A model generated the notes under the pieces. That model was not told the origin of the DNA. It ran no database searches and saw only the letters and a program-made list of their open reading frames with translations. From assembly GCA_963748625.1 (NCBI GenBank), contig CAVVJT010000004.1:608001-672000 (forward strand): a stretch of DNA of 64,000 nucleotides, written 5' to 3'. Every line of letters begins with the position of its first letter. Position 1 is the stretch's first letter. Below, one piece after another: positions 1 to 9,905 of this stretch. A program made the translations under genes and the position numbers. This DNA comes from an uncultured Chloroflexia bacterium (GTDB taxonomy: Bacteria; Chloroflexota; Limnocylindria; Limnocylindrales; CSP1-4).

Positions 1-1077
1 GCGGGCTCAAGGGTGGGCTCGGGCGCGGGGGCCTCCCCGACCCGGGCGGTCACCCGCTCCACGATGTGCTCGGCCGCAGGCTCCCGGGTCTGGTGCAGGA
101 GTGCTGCCGCCTCATGCAGCGATGCCGCGACGGCGGCAGCCTGCGCGGGCGTCGGACGCTCGGCCACCTCGTCGTCGAGCGGTCCGAGCTCATCATCGTC
201 AGCGGCCGACGCTCCGGCTTCAGGGCTGGACTGCGCGTCCACGATTTCGGGTTCCGGGGTCGCGCTCGTCGCCTCAACAGGCGAATCCGTGGACGGTCCG
301 TCTTCAGTGGACACCGGGGGGGCCCATTCCGGCGCGTCAGACGCCGTCACCAGGGGTTCAAGCGGAGGAATCACGGACTCCGCGTCCACCTCGGGCTCGG
401 GTTCGGGCTCCGGTTCCGCGGCGGGCTCGGGCTCAGGAGCGGGCTCGGGCTCGGGTCGCGGGTCGGGCTCGGGCTCCGGGCTCCGCGGCGGGCTCGGGCT
501 CAGGAGCGGGCTCCGGTTCCGCGGCGGGCTCGGGCTCAGGAGCGGGCTCGGTCGGGCGGGCTCGGGCTCGGGCGGGTTCGGGCGGGCTCGGGCTCGGGCT
601 CAGGAGCGGGCTCCGGGCGGCGGGCTCGGGCTCGGGCTCCGCGGCGGGCTCGGGCTCGGGCTCGGGCTCGGTTCCGCGGCGGGCTCGGGCTCGGGCTCCG
701 GGCTCGGGCTCGGGCTCCGGAGCGGGCTGGGCGGGCTCGGGCTCGGGCGCAGCGGGCGGCAGCACTGCGGCGCTCGTCGCCGCCTTGCCAGGCTTGGCAG
801 CGGCCTGCGCGGCCTTCCCGGGCTTGGCAGCGGCCTGCGCGGCCTTGGCCTCCTTCGCGGCCTTCGCAGCCTTGGCGTCAGCCTTCGCGGTAGCCTTGGC
901 CTCCTTGGCAGCGAGCTTCGCGGCGGCCTTCGCGGCGCTCGCGGCGGCCTTTGCGGCCTTCGCCTCAGCCTTTGCCGCAGCTTTGGCCTGCTTCTTGCCG
1001 ACCTTGCCGCCTTTCCCGGCCTGCGACGCACGCGCACCGTTCGGACTCTTGGTCTCGTCCTCCCCGGCCTTCGCCAT
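1..1077 (-). CDS. Low-complexity protein: Ala/Lys-rich N-terminus, PE-repeat linker, acidic C-terminal part; apparent frameshifts in the repeat; runs off the window edge
   Basis: ATG at 1077 with GAGGAG RBS; MAKAGEDE...AKAAKAAKEAKAA then APEPEP repeats; the PE/acidic frame (EPEPEVDAESVIPPLEP...) continues to position 1 in a different register. Confidence 0.6.
395..748. repeat. Degenerate GGGCTC hexamer array encoding Pro-Glu repeats on the minus strand
   Basis: Dozens of gggctc/ggttcc units interspersed with cgcggc. Confidence 0.85.
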
Positions 1078-1215
1078 CGCTCGCTCCTCGCGGTCCCGTC
1101 CGGCGCCGGCAGGCGGGCACCGTGATGCCGCAAGTCTGCCGTACGTGGCGGGCGCCCGCGAGGCGTGAGCGTGCGCTTGCGGGCGAGGGCGCGGCACACG
1201 GCCTGGAAAGCGATG

Positions 1216-1632
1216 TCAGCCGAGCGCACCTGCCTCATCGCTGCGGATCCGGTCCGTGAGCGCAACGAGGATCCCGTGGCGGACCGCAGGAAAGCGGTCC
1301 ATCAGGTCGCTGAACGCCTCGCGCCTGATCATTGCCACGCGGACAGGCGTGGCTGCGACCGCGGTGGCGCTCCGGACCTGGCCGTCAACCAGCGCGATCT
1401 CGCCGAGGAACTCACCCGGTCCCAAGTCGCGCACGTGCCCCCCGGCGCGTGAGATCCCGACCCGGCCGTCGAGCACCAGGTAGAAGGCGTCACCCGGATC
1501 GCCCTCGGCCACGAGTACGTGGCACTCCGGGAACTCCTGCTCCTCGACGAGCGACGCCACCGCCTCGAAAGCACGGTCGGTCATCCCCGCGAAGAGCGGA
1601 ACGCGGCGAACCTGGTCGGAGGCGACGGACAT
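1216..1632 (-). CDS. Stand-alone cyclic nucleotide-binding domain protein
   Basis: VPLF...EGDPGDAFYLVLDG...LGPGEFLGEIAL...RSATAVA phosphate-binding cassette; no HTH. Confidence 0.88.
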   Translation of the reverse strand: MSVASDQVRRVPLFAGMTDRAFEAVASLVEEQEFPECHVLVAEGDPGDAFYLVLDGRVGISRAGGHVRDLGPGEFLGEIALVDGQVRSATAVAATPVRVAMIRREAFSDLMDRFPAVRHGILVALTDRIRSDEAGALG

Positions 1633-1688
1633 CGGGCATGGACCTCGTCATTGGGCGCTTGACTGACACGGGACCGTAGCCGCGCGAT

Positions 1689-1805
1689 GTCAACGTCACG
1701 TCATCGAGTTGAACGCGTTCCGTTAACGGCTCGCCATGCCCGGGCGGCCAGTGCGGACCGGGCTTGGAGCAGCCGCCGCCAGGACGTTGTTCACGCAGCG
1801 GTGAC
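1689..1805. promoter_or_regulatory. Putative PHO boxes in the divergent cNMP-protein/mgsA promoter region
   Basis: GTCAAC 1689, GTCATC 1700, GTTAAC 1722 (11-bp register); GTTCAC 1789, GGTGAC 1800. Confidence 0.55.
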
Positions 1806-1892
1806 GTTCGTCCCCGCACCTGCAGGCCTACGATGGGATCGGACGCGGCCTGCCACGGTGGCAACGGCCGGGTCCACACGCTGGGGACCCAC

Positions 1893-2354
1893 ATGAGCGA
1901 GCCCGCGAAGAAGCGCAAGACGATCGGCCTGGTGGCGCACGACAACAAGAAGCCCGACCTCATCGAGTGGGCCCGCTTCAATGCCGGCCTCCTGCGCCGC
2001 CACGACCTGGTTGCCACAGGCACGACGGGCAGCCTCCTGGCTGAGGCCCTCGACATGCCTGTCCGCCGCCTGCACAGCGGCCCGCTTGGTGGTGACCAGC
2101 AGCTGGGCGCCCTGATCGCGGAGGGCGAGGTCGACCTGCTCGTGTTCTTCTGGGACCCGCTGGAGCCGCAGCCGCACGATCCCGATGTGAAGGCGCTCCT
2201 CCGGATCGCCGTGGTCTGGAACGTGCCGGTCGCCTGTGATCTCGCATCGGCGGACTTCATGATCTCGTCGCCGCTGATGGAGAGCCCGACCTATGTCCGC
2301 GCCATGCCGGACTTCTCCGCCCACAACCGCCGGGCGATCGCGGGCGCGCGCTAA
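1893..2354 (+). CDS. mgsA: Methylglyoxal synthase
   Basis: [45 protein letters not shown] motifs. Confidence 0.97.
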   Translation: MSEPAKKRKTIGLVAHDNKKPDLIEWARFNAGLLRRHDLVATGTTGSLLAEALDMPVRRLHSGPLGGDQQLGALIAEGEVDLLVFFWDPLEPQPHDPDVKALLRIAVVWNVPVACDLASADFMISSPLMESPTYVRAMPDFSAHNRRAIAGAR

Positions 2355-2440
2355 CCAAGCACGGCGTGCAGGGATGTCGCCCTGCGTCGACAATCTGACC
2401 GGGCCGGACCCTGCATCTCCGGCCGGGGAACCTGGAGCAC

Positions 2441-2830
2441 ATGGACGACATCGTCCAGGCCGAGTACGAGCGGATCCGCGAGCGCGCCTGGGACCGCGAG
2501 GAGGGCGACGACAACCACGCTGTCCTCGATTCCCTGACGCCCCTGGATCGGGCGGTCTACGTCACTCGCGGGCTCGAGGAGGAGCTGGCGGACGGCGGCT
2601 GGTACCTGGTCTTCGCCAACGAGAACGATGACCTCATCGTGCCGGCGATGGATGCCTACGTGCTGCTGGGCCTGCCGGCGTATGCCCGGCACCTGGCGGA
2701 CGTGATCGCGAGCGGGTACGGGGACGACTCATCCGAGGACGAGGGCGATCGTCTCGACGAGGCCTATCGCGCGCTTTCCGGGGCCGAGGCAGCCCGGCGG
2801 GCGGCCATCGACGCCGACAGGGCGCGCTGA
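2441..2830 (+). CDS. DUF4375/DMP19-like acidic protein
   Basis: EEELADGGWYLVFAN resembles the DUF4375 EV.NGG..Q.F.N motif; very acidic; GGAG RBS. Confidence 0.6.
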   Translation: MDDIVQAEYERIRERAWDREEGDDNHAVLDSLTPLDRAVYVTRGLEEELADGGWYLVFANENDDLIVPAMDAYVLLGLPAYARHLADVIASGYGDDSSEDEGDRLDEAYRALSGAEAARRAAIDADRAR

Positions 2831-2884
2831 CCGGCACGGCGCGCTGACCGGCACGAGGGAGGATCTCGCCGGCTGCCGCCGCGA

Positions 2885-3628
2885 TCAGTGCGGTGGATCG
2901 AACCGGTAGCCCACCCTGCGCACGGTGACCAGGTGCACGGCGCGGTCGGGGTCCGGCTCGATCTTCGCGCGCAGCCAGCGCACGTGGACGTCAACCGTGC
3001 GGCTGTCGGCTGCCCGGTCCGGACCCCACACGACCTGCAGCAGCTCCTGACGGGTCATGACGCGCCCCGGGTTCGCAGCCAGGACCGCCAGGAGCGCGTA
3101 CTCCTTCGGCCGCAGATGGACGGGCACTCCCGCGCGCCGCAGCGCATGGGCCTCACGGTCGAGCACGAGGTCCGAGGTGACCTGCAGGCGGCTGCCGAGC
3201 TCGCGGGCGGCCTCGTCACGCGTGTCCAGCCATGCGAGACGGCCGGCCAGCTCGACGGCCGGGACCGTGGTGGCGAGCGCATCGTCGAACCCCAACCCGA
3301 GGGCCTCCAGGCGGCGCGTGACGGCATCGGGGGGTGCGAGGTGGACCGCCCGCATCCCGGCACGGCGGCGGCGGTCCCGCGAGACGACTTCGAGGACGGC
3401 GCGGTCGGCTGGCGGTTCTGCGCAGACCACCACGCGCGGGTGCAGCTCCGCGAGGTACTGCAGGAACAAGGCCGGTTCAGCCACCACGATCACGTCGGCG
3501 TCCTTGGCGACCGCAGGCACCTCCCGTCCGTGGTCGTCGCCGGAGAGGATGAGCCACATGTCGCGCGGGCGAGGTGCAGCGATCGGTAGCGAGGCCGTTG
3601 ACGCCTCGTGAGCGGGCAGGCTGACCAT
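2885..3628 (-). CDS. OmpR/PhoB-family winged-helix regulator with a degenerate (pseudo-)receiver domain
   Basis: C-terminal LRPKEYALL...RTVDVHVRWLRAKIEPDP...TVRRVGYRF; N-terminus lacks the canonical phospho-Asp and Lys; start uncertain. Confidence 0.85.
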   Translation of the reverse strand: MVSLPAHEASTASLPIAAPRPRDMWLILSGDDHGREVPAVAKDADVIVVAEPALFLQYLAELHPRVVVCAEPPADRAVLEVVSRDRRRRAGMRAVHLAPPDAVTRRLEALGLGFDDALATTVPAVELAGRLAWLDTRDEAARELGSRLQVTSDLVLDREAHALRRAGVPVHLRPKEYALLAVLAANPGRVMTRQELLQVVWGPDRAADSRTVDVHVRWLRAKIEPDPDRAVHLVTVRRVGYRFDPPH

Positions 3629-3650
3629 TGGCGCACTGTCGCGGCGCCCG

Positions 3651-3752
3651 GTCAACGGCTCGTTCGGAACGCGTTAGCACGCTGTAAACGCGGTCACAGG
3701 CCTTGGCCGTTCGCTTACCGAACGTTTACACACCGGGAACGTCGCGTTGACC
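3651..3752. promoter_or_regulatory. Two arrays of four 11-bp-spaced PHO-box-like units between the regulator and pstS
   Basis: GTCAAC 3651, GTTCGG 3662, GTTAGC 3673, GTAAAC 3684; GCTTAC 3713, GTTTAC 3724, GGGAAC 3735, GTTGAC 3746. Confidence 0.7.
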
Positions 3753-3840
3753 GGTCCGACTGAAGGTGGGACCCGCAATCGAGACATCAGACGACCCCGC
3801 GGCGCACGGTGCGCCGGTCGTCACCTGGAGGAACCGTCGA

Positions 3841-4902
3841 GTGACGTTCACCACTCCCAAGCGCTTCGTCGGCGTCACCATCGCCGCCGCCGTGCTCGTC
3901 GCCGCGTGCGGCGGCTCAGGCGCAACGACCGCGCCGGCCGCGACCGACGGCGGATCCGCAACCCAGGCGCCGGCCGAGAGCCAGGCTGCCGGGTCCGGAG
4001 TCGAGGGCGAGATCTTCGTCTCCGGCTCGTCCACCGTCGAGCCCATCTCCACGGCCGTCGCGGAGGCCTTCGCGGCCGCAAACGCCGGCTTCGCCTACAC
4101 GGTCGAGGGCCCGGGGACGGGCGACGGCTTCAAGAAGTTCTGCGCCGGCGAGTCCGACATCTCCGACGCTTCCCGCCCGATCAAGGACGAGGAGGCCCAG
4201 GCGTGCGCCGATACGGGCATCGAGTACATCGAGCTCAAGATCGCGTACGACGGCATCTCGATCCTAACCTCGCCTGAGAACACCGCGGTCGCCTGCGTCA
4301 GCTTCGCCGACCTCTACGCCCTCACAGGCCCGGAGAGCACCGGCTTCGCCAAGTGGTCCGACGGCGCCGCGATCGCCGCCGAGCTCGGGTCGTCCACCGT
4401 CCTCCCCGACGCCGATCTCACGATCACCGGCCCCGGCGAGGAGTCCGGCACATACGACACCTACGTCGAGCTCGCCATTGCAAAGATCGCCGAGGCGCGC
4501 GGCCAGGATGCGGTCACCCGGCCCGACTACACCGCCTCGGCCAACGACAATGCGATCATCGACGGCATCGCCGGCTCGCCCACATCCCTGGGCTGGGTGG
4601 GCTTCGCCTTCGCCGAGGAGAACAAGGACACCGTCCAGGAGCTGCAGGTCTCCAAGGACCCGAACGGCACCTGCGTCGCCCCGACCCCCGAGACCATCGG
4701 CGACGGCAGCTATCCGCTCTCACGCTCGCTCTACATCTACGTCAACAAGGCCAAGGCCGCCGAGAACGCAGCCCTTGCCGCCTACGTGGACTACTACCTC
4801 GCCGAGGGCACGATCTCGACAGCGCTCGAAACCGTCCCCTACGTGAACCTCCCGGCCGAGACGCTCGCTGAAACCCGCGCCGCCTGGGACGCCGCCAAGT
4901 AA
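3841..4902 (+). CDS. pstS: Phosphate ABC transporter substrate-binding lipoprotein
   Basis: GTG after GGAGG; lipobox LVAAC; SGSSTVEP, GTGDGFKKFC, YPLSRSLYIYVN. Confidence 0.95.
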   Translation: MTFTTPKRFVGVTIAAAVLVAACGGSGATTAPAATDGGSATQAPAESQAAGSGVEGEIFVSGSSTVEPISTAVAEAFAAANAGFAYTVEGPGTGDGFKKFCAGESDISDASRPIKDEEAQACADTGIEYIELKIAYDGISILTSPENTAVACVSFADLYALTGPESTGFAKWSDGAAIAAELGSSTVLPDADLTITGPGEESGTYDTYVELAIAKIAEARGQDAVTRPDYTASANDNAIIDGIAGSPTSLGWVGFAFAEENKDTVQELQVSKDPNGTCVAPTPETIGDGSYPLSRSLYIYVNKAKAAENAALAAYVDYYLAEGTISTALETVPYVNLPAETLAETRAAWDAAK

Positions 4903-4915
4903 CCTCCTCCTCCTC

Positions 4916-4956
4916 CACGAATGGGCCGGGTCGTCCACGACCCCGGCCCATTCGTG
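4916..4956 (+). terminator. Strong stem-loop between pstS and pstC (mRNA stabiliser or partial terminator)
   Basis: cacgaatgggccggg-tcgt-cc-acga-c-cccggcccattcgtg inverted repeat. Confidence 0.7.
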
Positions 4957-4997
4957 CGTCTCCGATCCACCCGCCACACCACAGGAGCAGTCAGCCC

Positions 4998-5927
4998 ATG
5001 GCCCAAGCCACACCAGCGCTGCCGGAAGGCGTCTCGCTGCGAGGCAGTGCGCGGCGGCGACGCCGCGAGTCCACCGTCCGCGGGCTGTTCCTCGCCGCCT
5101 CCCTGGCGACCATCCTGATCAGTCTGCTGATCATCGTGACCGTCTTCTTCCAGGCGATCTCGTTCCTCGGCCAGATCGAGCTGTCCCAGCTCTTCGGCAT
5201 CGGCTGGTTCCCGAGGCGCGGCATCTTCGACGTCAGCACCATCGTGATCGGCACCCTCATGGTCACCGGCATCGCGATGGTGATCGCCACACCCATCGGC
5301 CTTGCCTCCGCCATCTACCTCGCCGAGTACGCCTCGCCCCGCGTGCGACGGTTCATCAAGCCTGTGCTCGAGGTGCTCGCCGGCATCCCCAGCGTGGTGC
5401 TCGGCTTCTTCGCCCTGACCTTCCTCACGCCGACCCTGATCCAGCCCGTGCTGCCGGGAGCCAAGTCCTTCAACCTCCTGGCGGCCGGCATCGGCGTGGG
5501 CATCCTCTCGATCCCGCTGGTCGCCTCCGTGTCCGAGGATGCCATGCGGGCCGTGCCCCGCAACCTGCGCGAGGCCTCGTACGGCCTGGGCGCACGCCAG
5601 ATGACGACGGCCATCAAGGTGGTGATCCCCGCGGCCGTCTCGGGCATCGTGGCGGCCCTGATCCTCGCCACGAGCCGCGCGATCGGCGAGACCATGATCG
5701 TGGCGGTCGCGGCAGGCGCACCGCAGGCGCGGACGTTCAACCCGCTCGATCCGGGCGGGACGATGACGTCGGCGATGGTCCTCCTGGCCACCGGCTCGGA
5801 CCAGGTCACGGGCAACACCGCGGCCTTCCAGAGCCTGTTCTTCGTCGGGCTCCTCCTGTTCCTGATCACCCTGGTGCTGAACGTCGCGGGCGACGCGTTC
5901 GTCCGCCGCGCGCGGCAGCGCTACTAG
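4998..5927 (+). CDS. pstC: Phosphate ABC transporter permease PstC
   Basis: LAGIPSVVLG, EDAMRAVP..LREASYGLGA, SRAIGETM. Confidence 0.96.
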   Translation: MAQATPALPEGVSLRGSARRRRRESTVRGLFLAASLATILISLLIIVTVFFQAISFLGQIELSQLFGIGWFPRRGIFDVSTIVIGTLMVTGIAMVIATPIGLASAIYLAEYASPRVRRFIKPVLEVLAGIPSVVLGFFALTFLTPTLIQPVLPGAKSFNLLAAGIGVGILSIPLVASVSEDAMRAVPRNLREASYGLGARQMTTAIKVVIPAAVSGIVAALILATSRAIGETMIVAVAAGAPQARTFNPLDPGGTMTSAMVLLATGSDQVTGNTAAFQSLFFVGLLLFLITLVLNVAGDAFVRRARQRY

Positions 5928-5935
5928 GAGGCCGC

Positions 5936-6874
5936 ATGTCCACCATCGGATCCTCCGCATCCGCGACGGCCGCGACCGTCCGCGCCCAGCTGGTCACCGG
6001 GCGCAAGGACTACAAGGGCACGATCTTCCTGGTCCTGCTCCTGGGCAGCCTGCTCCTGTCGCTCGCGATCCTGTTCGTGCTCCTGGCAGACGTCCTGAGC
6101 AAGGCGCTACCGGTCTACGCGGACCGGGGCATCGGCTTCCTCACCTCGCCACTCTCCTCGAACCCGGGCAAGGCCGGCATCGTGCAGGGCCTGGTGGGTA
6201 CGGCGCTGCTGGGCCTCGTCGTCGCGCTCGTGGCCTTCCCGTCCGGCCTGGCCACCGCGATCTACCTGGAGGAGTACGCGCCTGACAACAAGATCACGCG
6301 GTTCATCCAGATCAACATCCGCAACCTCGCCGGCGTGCCGTCGGTCGTGTACGGCCTGCTGGGCCTGTCGGTGTTCGTGGCGCTGCTCAACACGCTCGAT
6401 CCCGACGGCAACGGCCGCAACATCATCGCGGGCGGCATCACCCTCGCGGTGCTGGTCCTCCCGATCGTGATCATCACCTCGATCGAGGCACTGCGGGCCG
6501 TGCCCAACACGATCCGCGAGGCGGGTTACGGCGTTGGTGCCTCGCGCTGGGAGGTCACCCGCCAGCTGGTGGTGCCGTCGGCAGCTCCGGGCATCCTGAC
6601 CGGCACGGTGCTCGCGCTCTCGCGCGCCCTTGGTGAGACTGCTCCGCTGATCCTCGCGGGCGCCGTCCTGGGCTCGTTCTCCGGCCTGTCGCTGGGAACC
6701 CTGTTCACCGGCAGCTACACGGCCCTGCCGGTCATCATCTACGACTGGTCGCGCAAGCCCCAGGACGCGTTCCGCGCCGACGCCGCCGCCGCCATCGTGG
6801 CCCTGCTCGTCATCACCCTCGCCGCCAACATCATCGCCATCCTCCTGCGCAGCCGCTACGAGAAGAGCTGGTGA
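5936..6874 (+). CDS. pstA: Phosphate ABC transporter permease PstA
   Basis: [31 protein letters not shown]. Confidence 0.96.
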   Translation: MSTIGSSASATAATVRAQLVTGRKDYKGTIFLVLLLGSLLLSLAILFVLLADVLSKALPVYADRGIGFLTSPLSSNPGKAGIVQGLVGTALLGLVVALVAFPSGLATAIYLEEYAPDNKITRFIQINIRNLAGVPSVVYGLLGLSVFVALLNTLDPDGNGRNIIAGGITLAVLVLPIVIITSIEALRAVPNTIREAGYGVGASRWEVTRQLVVPSAAPGILTGTVLALSRALGETAPLILAGAVLGSFSGLSLGTLFTGSYTALPVIIYDWSRKPQDAFRADAAAAIVALLVITLAANIIAILLRSRYEKSW

Positions 6875-7764
6875 TGAGCGAGCCCACCGGAGATCCCATG
6901 CTGCAGACCCCCACCCCCGAGCGCACCCGCGACGAGGATGCGGCACGCGCCACCACCCTGCCGATCCACCTCGCGGGGTCCGACACCGGCTACGTCCGCA
7001 ACGACAGCGTCATCGAGATTGCTGACCTGGACTTCCACTACGGCAAGTTCCGCGCCGTTAAGGGGGTCAACCTCCAGGTCGAGGCCCAGAAGATCACGGC
7101 GCTGATCGGCCCGTCCGGCTGTGGCAAGTCCACCTTGCTGCGGACGATCAACCGCATGAACGACCTGATCGATGGCACCCGGGTCGACGGCAAGGTCCTC
7201 TACCACGGGGTGGACCTGTACGACCGGGAGGTGGACGCGGTGGAGGTCCGCCGGCGCATCGGCATGGTCTTCCAGAAGGCCAACCCGTTCCCCAAGTCGA
7301 TCTATGACAACATCGCCTTCGGACCCCGCCTCAACGGCTACAAGGGCAACATGGACGAGCTGGTCGAGTCGAGCTTGCGTCGTGCCGCCCTCTGGGACGA
7401 CGTGAAGGACAAGCTCAAGCAGTCCGGCCTGGCGCTCTCGGGCGGCCAGCAGCAGCGGCTGTGCATCGCCCGCGCCATCGCGACGAGTCCGGATGTCATC
7501 CTGATGGACGAGCCGTGCTCCGCCCTCGATCCGCGCTCGACGCTGCAGATCGAGGAGCTCATGTTCGAGCTCAAGGAGCAGTACACGATCATCATCGTCA
7601 CCCACAACATGCAGCAGGCGGCGCGCGCCTCGGACTACACCGTGTTCCTGAACATGGCCGATGATCGGGCCGGCTACGTCGTCGAGGAAGGCCCGACGAT
7701 GCAGATCTTCACCAACCCCAAGAACAAGCTGACCGAGGACTACGTCTCGGGCCGGTTCGGCTGA
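6874..7764 (+). CDS. pstB: Phosphate ABC transporter ATPase
   Basis: [48 protein letters not shown]. Confidence 0.97.
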   Translation: MSEPTGDPMLQTPTPERTRDEDAARATTLPIHLAGSDTGYVRNDSVIEIADLDFHYGKFRAVKGVNLQVEAQKITALIGPSGCGKSTLLRTINRMNDLIDGTRVDGKVLYHGVDLYDREVDAVEVRRRIGMVFQKANPFPKSIYDNIAFGPRLNGYKGNMDELVESSLRRAALWDDVKDKLKQSGLALSGGQQQRLCIARAIATSPDVILMDEPCSALDPRSTLQIEELMFELKEQYTIIIVTHNMQQAARASDYTVFLNMADDRAGYVVEEGPTMQIFTNPKNKLTEDYVSGRFG

Positions 7765-7780
7765 CACACGGAGGATCGAC

Positions 7781-8554
7781 ATGGACGACCAGCACACCTC
7801 CGGGCCGCATGTGGCCGACGCCTTCGGCGGCAGCTTCGACGATCTGTCGCCGGCGCAGCCGATCGAGGTGCCCGGCCCCGGCTTCCCCCCGACGCATCAC
7901 ATCCGCAGCACCTACGACCGCGAGATCGTCGAGATCAAGGACAACGTCCTGCGGATGGGCTCGCTCGTTGAGGCGCAGATCCACGCAGCGATCGACGCCC
8001 TGGTCGCGCACGACGCCGAAGCCGCCCTGAAGGTCATCATCGATGACCGGATGATCAACGAGCTGCAGCGCAAGGCGACGGCCATGATCGCCGCGGTCAT
8101 CGCGACCCAGAACCCGGTCGCCCGCGACCTGCGGTACCTGCTCACGCTCGATCACGTCAGCTACGAGCTGGAGCGGATGGGCGACCACGCTGGCTCCGTG
8201 GCCAAGCAGGCCCGGAAGCTGGCACCCTACGCGCCGCTCAAGGACTACGTCCTGCTCCCCCAGCTCGGTGAGCGTGTTGCCGACCTGGTCGCCGGCATCG
8301 TGCGGGCGCTGGTGGACGTGGACCAGGACGAGGCACGCCGGGTGGCCGCGCTGGACGACGAGGTGGACGACCTCTACCACCGCATCTTCGACGATGTGCT
8401 CGTGCTCATGCGCGAGGATCCGGCCAACGTGGACGCCGGTGCGCGCATCCTGTTCGCCTCGCACTATCTCGAGCGGATCGGCGACCGCGTGACCAACGTG
8501 GCCGAGGACATCGTCTTCCTGGCGTCCGGCGAGGTCGAGGACCTCAATCCCTGA
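7781..8554 (+). CDS. phoU: Phosphate signalling protein PhoU
   Basis: QNPVARDLR, ELERMGDHA, LERIGDRVTNVAE; follows pstB. Confidence 0.95.
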   Translation: MDDQHTSGPHVADAFGGSFDDLSPAQPIEVPGPGFPPTHHIRSTYDREIVEIKDNVLRMGSLVEAQIHAAIDALVAHDAEAALKVIIDDRMINELQRKATAMIAAVIATQNPVARDLRYLLTLDHVSYELERMGDHAGSVAKQARKLAPYAPLKDYVLLPQLGERVADLVAGIVRALVDVDQDEARRVAALDDEVDDLYHRIFDDVLVLMREDPANVDAGARILFASHYLERIGDRVTNVAEDIVFLASGEVEDLNP

Positions 8555-8647
8555 CGCGACGTGGTGCGGGCGCCGTGCGAGAATCGCGGCGTCCGGACCG
8601 GATCCCGCGAACAGATGGGATCCCGTGAACCTGAAAGGCGGCAGCCC

Positions 8648-9133
8648 GTGATCGCGCTCTACCTGCTGCGTCATGCCCATGCCGGCGATCCCGCCAAGTG
8701 GCGGGGCGACGACGCGGAACGGCCGCTGTCCGAGAAGGGCCACGACCAGGCCGAGCGGGTCGCGCGCCTGCTCAAGAGTGCCGACGAGTCGCCCGACCTG
8801 CTGATCACCTCACCCAAGGTGCGTGCCGCCGAGACCGCCACGATCGTTGCGAAGGCGCTCAAGGTGGACGTCGTCGTGGATGATCGGCTGGCCGGCCTGC
8901 TCGACACGGAGATCCTGACCGACATCCTGCTGGCGGCCGGTCCCGCCGAACGGCCGTGCATCGTGGGCCACGACCCGGACTTCTCCACGATCCTGGGTGA
9001 GATGACGGGCATCGCCGCGATCCAGATGCGCAAGGGCGCGCTGGCCCGCGTGGACTGCGAGGGTGGCGCGATCCGGCCGGGGCGCGGGATGCTGCGGTTC
9101 CTGGTCCCGCCGGAGATTCTCGCCGCGAAGTAG
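8648..9133 (+). CDS. sixA: SixA-like phosphohistidine phosphatase
   Basis: LYLLRHAHA, DAERPLSEKG, TSPKVRA, VGHDP. Confidence 0.85.
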   Translation: MIALYLLRHAHAGDPAKWRGDDAERPLSEKGHDQAERVARLLKSADESPDLLITSPKVRAAETATIVAKALKVDVVVDDRLAGLLDTEILTDILLAAGPAERPCIVGHDPDFSTILGEMTGIAAIQMRKGALARVDCEGGAIRPGRGMLRFLVPPEILAAK

Positions 9134-9218
9134 ACGGGGTCCCTGGGCTCAGGCCGCGCGCAGCCGGGTGGTCAGGCGCCGAGTCGCGTGCCGTCGGCGG
9201 GGATACCGTCCATCGTCG

Positions 9219-9905
9219 TCACGCCTCGTACGGGCCGTCGAGGGCGGCCGCCTCCACGCAGACGGCACGCACGCCGAGGCGGCCGAGACGCAGGTACGTG
9301 GGCCGGCGGCGGACCGTCCAGGCGGCAACCTCGAGGCCCGCCTCATTCGCCGTGCGCACCAGGGCCGGCGTGACCAGGCGCCAGTCCACGGACACGCCGC
9401 TGCACCCCATGCCGATCGCATGGGCGAGTGCGGCCGTCGCATCCGCCTCGATGTTCAGCCAGCGCGGCCACGAGGGCAGGACCTCGGCCATTGCGACCAG
9501 CGCAGGCGGATCGAACGATGAGACGATCGCGTCCGCGGGCGCATCGCCGCGTGCAGCACGCAGGACCGCGGCCGTCGCCGCGCCGTGGCCCGGGCCCTTG
9601 AGCTCCACGTCCATCCATGCCGCCGGGAGCGCGGCCATCACCTCGGCCAGGGTCGGGATGCCGAAGACGGCCAACTCCCGGGCATCCAGCCCGTCCACGC
9701 GTGCCGCGTGCCCCTGGACCCGGTCGAGCGTGTCGTCGTGGATGACGACCGGTGTCCCGTCGAGCGCGAGCTGGACGTCGAACTCCACGCCATCGCAACC
9801 GGGCACGCGCATGGCGGCCTCCAGCGCGGCAAGCGTGTTCTCCGGGGCGACCCGCCAGTCGCCCCGGTGGGCCAGGCGCAGGGGCCTTGCGGCGGGCGCC
9901 GTCAC
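9219..9905 (-). CDS. Glycerophosphodiester phosphodiesterase
   Basis: AHRG, PENTL, VEFDV, HDDTLDR, VELK, AWTV. Confidence 0.92.
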   Translation of the reverse strand: MTAPAARPLRLAHRGDWRVAPENTLAALEAAMRVPGCDGVEFDVQLALDGTPVVIHDDTLDRVQGHAARVDGLDARELAVFGIPTLAEVMAALPAAWMDVELKGPGHGAATAAVLRAARGDAPADAIVSSFDPPALVAMAEVLPSWPRWLNIEADATAALAHAIGMGCSGVSVDWRLVTPALVRTANEAGLEVAAWTVRRRPTYLRLGRLGVRAVCVEAAALDGPYEA

